A stretch of DNA of 64,000 nucleotides from NCBI GenBank assembly GCA_039937835.1, contig JBDTFR010000054.1, positions 9,543 to 73,542 on the forward strand, in the 5' to 3' direction. How positions within the stretch are numbered: position 1 is the first letter of the stretch; the number at the start of each line of letters is the position of its first letter. The stretch is from Bacteroidia bacterium. GTDB lineage: Bacteria; Bacteroidota; Bacteroidia; 2-12-FULL-35-15. The notes under the pieces were generated by a model, which saw only the letters and a program-made list of their open reading frames with translations, was not told the origin of the DNA and ran no database searches. Below are positions 61,006 through 64,000 of the stretch, in pieces. The position numbers were made by a program, and so were the translations under genes.

Positions 61006-63717
61006 TTATAAATCAAGTTCAATTTGTGATTCTTCGTCATCATCCTTTTTTTTCTTTTTTTTACTTTCTGAAGATGGTAACTTAATTTCAGCATTAATTT
61101 TTTGATCGATAGAAATAATCGACTTTTCATTTTTATCGGTAGCCGTTGTTTTTTTTAGTGCTTCCAATGGCGACATGCTGCTTTCTTCAAATTCCTCTAA
61201 CATCTCTTCTTCAATAGCCACTTCAACTGCTGGCAATAAATTAATTTCTTTTACTTTACCGTAGGTGAGCTTATTTCCTTTTGCTTTTAGCCCTTTAACA
61301 GCAATAAAATCAACTAAATTTAATTGTTCGTCGGGTAATTCTTTATTTTTTACTTTAGCAAATTTTAACTCTATTATGGGCGCTGTTTGTGTGGTAACCA
61401 TTTCTAGTTGTGAGCCTTCAGCTTCTGATATAAATAAAACCTTTTTATCACTCACTTCTACTAAGAATCGCTTTACAAAATAAGTCTTCGTCTCTCCATC
61501 CAAATAGATTGCAGATATCGGTTTGTGAGAATTAAATTTTTCAATTACTATAAAATCCTCTTCAAAATGAGTAGTGAGATCAAAGCCTGTTAATTTATAA
61601 TATCCACCTTTAGTAAGTATTAGAATTTTATCATCGGGTGCAAAACTTCCTAAAAAAGCACCTCTCCTTTCAGTATTCAGTCGTTTTACGGTATCGTCAA
61701 ACCAAATATCAAGTGCACCAAGTGTTGAAACGCCTTTTTCTTTTAATACAATTTTTTTAATCGAATATTTTGTAACCACATTACCCATGGAGTTACGCCC
61801 TTTAATGGCTAATTCAGAAAAACTTATATCCCATTGCACTTTTCGCAAACCAGGCAGCGGTTTTAATTGGACTTCTACTACCTCTGCTTCGCCATTAGGA
61901 TTAGCACTAAAATAAAGCACTTCAGAACCTTTTGTACCTTTTGTTAAATTATATTCTTTATCTCTTGTGATACCAGTTACTGGAAAACGTTTCATAAATA
62001 CACTTCCACTTTTACCATCGCGGTAAATCATATTGTAAATGGTTCGTTCATCATTTTTCTTAAACACCGCAATATGAATAAGGTCTTTACCCACAAAAGC
62101 TTTATCTTGTACCTTACTAACTAGCAATGTACCGTCTTTTCGAAATACAATGATGTCATCAATATCAGAACACTCCGCAACAAACTCATCTTTTTTTAAT
62201 CCATAGCCCGCAAAACCTTCTTCGCGATTTACATATAATTTTTCATTTGCTAACACAACACTAGTAGCCACAATGGTTTCAAATGATTTTATTTCTGTTT
62301 TACGTTCGCGTCCTATTCCATATTTTTTCTTTAGATTTTTAAAATAGGTGATTGTATATTCTATGATGTTTGCTAAATGATATTCAATTTCTTTTATTCT
62401 CAAATCAATTAACTTCATTTTTTCATCCGCCTTAGCAGAATCAAAACGAGTGATGCGTATCATTGGTATTTGTGTTAATTTTTCAAAATCGTCGTTTGTA
62501 ATTTCTCTAATAAATTGCTTTTTATATTTGCTAAATCGTTTATCTAAATACTCGAATAAAGTAGGTTTATCTCCATAATTTTTAAAATCAATGTACATTT
62601 CGTCTTTAATAAAAATCTTTTCGAGTGATGCAAACATGTACGATTCTTGCAGCTCTGCTTTTTCAATCTCTAATTCTTTTCTAAGTAATTCAAGTGTTTG
62701 CTCAGTAGATCTTTTTAAAATTTCATTTACGCCAATAAATTTAGGTTTATCATTCTCTATAATACACGCATTAGGCGAAATAGAAAGTTCACAATCCGTA
62801 AAAGCATATAAAGCATCGATTGTTTTATCAGGAGAAATACCTGGAACTAGATGAATAACAATTTCTACATTTTCGGCAGTGTTATCTTCTACTTTTCTGA
62901 TTTTTATTTTACCCTTGTCATTCGCTGCAACAATACTATCAATTAGTGAACCTGTAGTAGTGGAGAATGGTATTTCATTAATGATTAATGTTTTTTTATC
63001 TAACTGACCTATTTTAGCTCTTACACGTATCTTCCCTCCTCTTAATCCATCATTATAATTAGAAAAATCAGCCATACCCGCAGTGGCAAAATCGGGTAAT
63101 ATATCCGTTCTTTTTCCTCTTAACACCGCTACTGAAGCATCACACAATTCATTAAAGTTATGTGGCAACATTTTACAAGCCAATCCAACCGCTATACCCT
63201 CTACCCCTTGGGCAAGTAATAGCGGAAATTTAACTGGTAATGTTTGTGGCTCTTTATTACGACCGTCGTAGCTAGAAAGCCAGACGGTAGTTTTGGGATT
63301 AAACACTACCTCAGCAGCAAATTTAGATAACCGCGCTTCGATGTAACGAGGAGCTGCAGCTCTATCTCCCGTTAAAATATTACCCCAATTACCTTGTGTA
63401 TCTATTAATAAATCTTTTTGTCCCAATGCTACTAGTGCGTCACCAATAGACATATCACCATGGGGATGATATTTCATGGTATGTCCAATAATATTGGCCA
63501 CTTTGTTATAGCGTCCATCATCCAAATCTTTCATGGAATGCATAATTCGGCGTTGTACCGGCTTTAAGCCATCTTCAATATAAGGTACTGCACGTTCTAA
63601 AATTACATAGGATGCGTAATCTAGAAACCAGTTTTTATACATGCCTGATACATGAGTTACATTATGTAAATCATCGCTAGCACCTGTTAGTTCTTCATTA
63701 ATATTATCGTTATCCAT
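61006..63717 (-). CDS. parC: DNA topoisomerase IV subunit A (type IIA topoisomerase A subunit)
   Basis: 'GLKPVQRRI', 'HPHGD', catalytic Tyr context 'AAPRYIEARL', and an acidic/lysine-rich C-terminal tail. Confidence 0.75.
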   Translation of the reverse strand: MDNDNINEELTGASDDLHNVTHVSGMYKNWFLDYASYVILERAVPYIEDGLKPVQRRIMHSMKDLDDGRYNKVANIIGHTMKYHPHGDMSIGDALVALGQKDLLIDTQGNWGNILTGDRAAAPRYIEARLSKFAAEVVFNPKTTVWLSSYDGRNKEPQTLPVKFPLLLAQGVEGIAVGLACKMLPHNFNELCDASVAVLRGKRTDILPDFATAGMADFSNYNDGLRGGKIRVRAKIGQLDKKTLIINEIPFSTTTGSLIDSIVAANDKGKIKIRKVEDNTAENVEIVIHLVPGISPDKTIDALYAFTDCELSISPNACIIENDKPKFIGVNEILKRSTEQTLELLRKELEIEKAELQESYMFASLEKIFIKDEMYIDFKNYGDKPTLFEYLDKRFSKYKKQFIREITNDDFEKLTQIPMIRITRFDSAKADEKMKLIDLRIKEIEYHLANIIEYTITYFKNLKKKYGIGRERKTEIKSFETIVATSVVLANEKLYVNREEGFAGYGLKKDEFVAECSDIDDIIVFRKDGTLLVSKVQDKAFVGKDLIHIAVFKKNDERTIYNMIYRDGKSGSVFMKRFPVTGITRDKEYNLTKGTKGSEVLYFSANPNGEAEVVEVQLKPLPGLRKVQWDISFSELAIKGRNSMGNVVTKYSIKKIVLKEKGVSTLGALDIWFDDTVKRLNTERRGAFLGSFAPDDKILILTKGGYYKLTGFDLTTHFEEDFIVIEKFNSHKPISAIYLDGETKTYFVKRFLVEVSDKKVLFISEAEGSQLEMVTTQTAPIIELKFAKVKNKELPDEQLNLVDFIAVKGLKAKGNKLTYGKVKEINLLPAVEVAIEEEMLEEFEESSMSPLEALKKTTATDKNEKSIISIDQKINAEIKLPSSESKKKKKKDDDEESQIELDL

Positions 63718-64000
63718 ATTTTTATTTTAAGCAACGTGTCATTTTCCTAGTTTAAGAATCAACATTATAAATAGGAAATGCGTCAATAAAATGCGCCTTG
63801 CTATAATCAATAATTAAATTTTTACTCTTTTTAATTTCTTCTGAAGAGATGGTAATTAAACTAATTCTATTAACTAGGATATTTCTTATTTTAAAAAATG
63901 TAAAAAATTATTATTCAACTAAATCTTTTTCTACCACTAAATTATCAATAATAAAATCTTGTCGATCTTGTGTATTTTTACCCATATAATAACTAAGCAT

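Noticed and set aside
63900-64000. Short reverse-strand reading frame at the window edge (possible end of an upstream parE-like gene)
   Set aside because: Only ~30 codons are visible and there is no motif. It cannot be assessed from this window.

Overview
The window is low-GC (~30%) Bacteroidota chromosome, most likely Flavobacteriia given the many type IX secretion (T9SS) cargo and PorP/SprF genes. The core is mostly housekeeping: a DEAD-box helicase, tpiA-prmA-(1490-aa protein)-plsY operon, DUF1599-folP, pyrR-pyrB, rnz, a CopA-type ATPase, a NifS/IscS-like desulfurase, a glmM-like mutase and parC. Three tRNAs are present (Arg-ACG, His-GTG, Leu-GAG). An RNase P RNA (rnpB) is clearly recognisable from its P4 motifs and is missed by the ORF track. 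Several rho-independent terminators were found by eye.

Accessory or less ordinary content:
- a 967-aa secreted protein whose gene carries about six near-identical 222-bp (74-aa) tandem repeats;
- a SiaB/SiaC-like (DUF1987) partner-switch pair;
- a surface-polysaccharide locus (Wzx-like flippase, GT4 glycosyltransferase, formyltransferase-fusion protein, WbqC-like protein);
- a block of T9SS-secreted hydrolases, including a strongly IsPETase/cutinase-like alpha/beta hydrolase and a papain-like cysteine peptidase with an adjacent small secreted protein;
- a decayed patch with two frameshifted genes (an Abi-alpha-like gene and a membrane protein) beside tRNA-Leu;
- a PorP/SprF protein fused to a SPOR-like domain, paired with a type-B T9SS C-terminal-domain repeat protein;
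- a degenerate dihydroorotase paralog lacking the HxH metal ligands.

No CRISPR array, integrase, transposase or Cas-like gene was seen.
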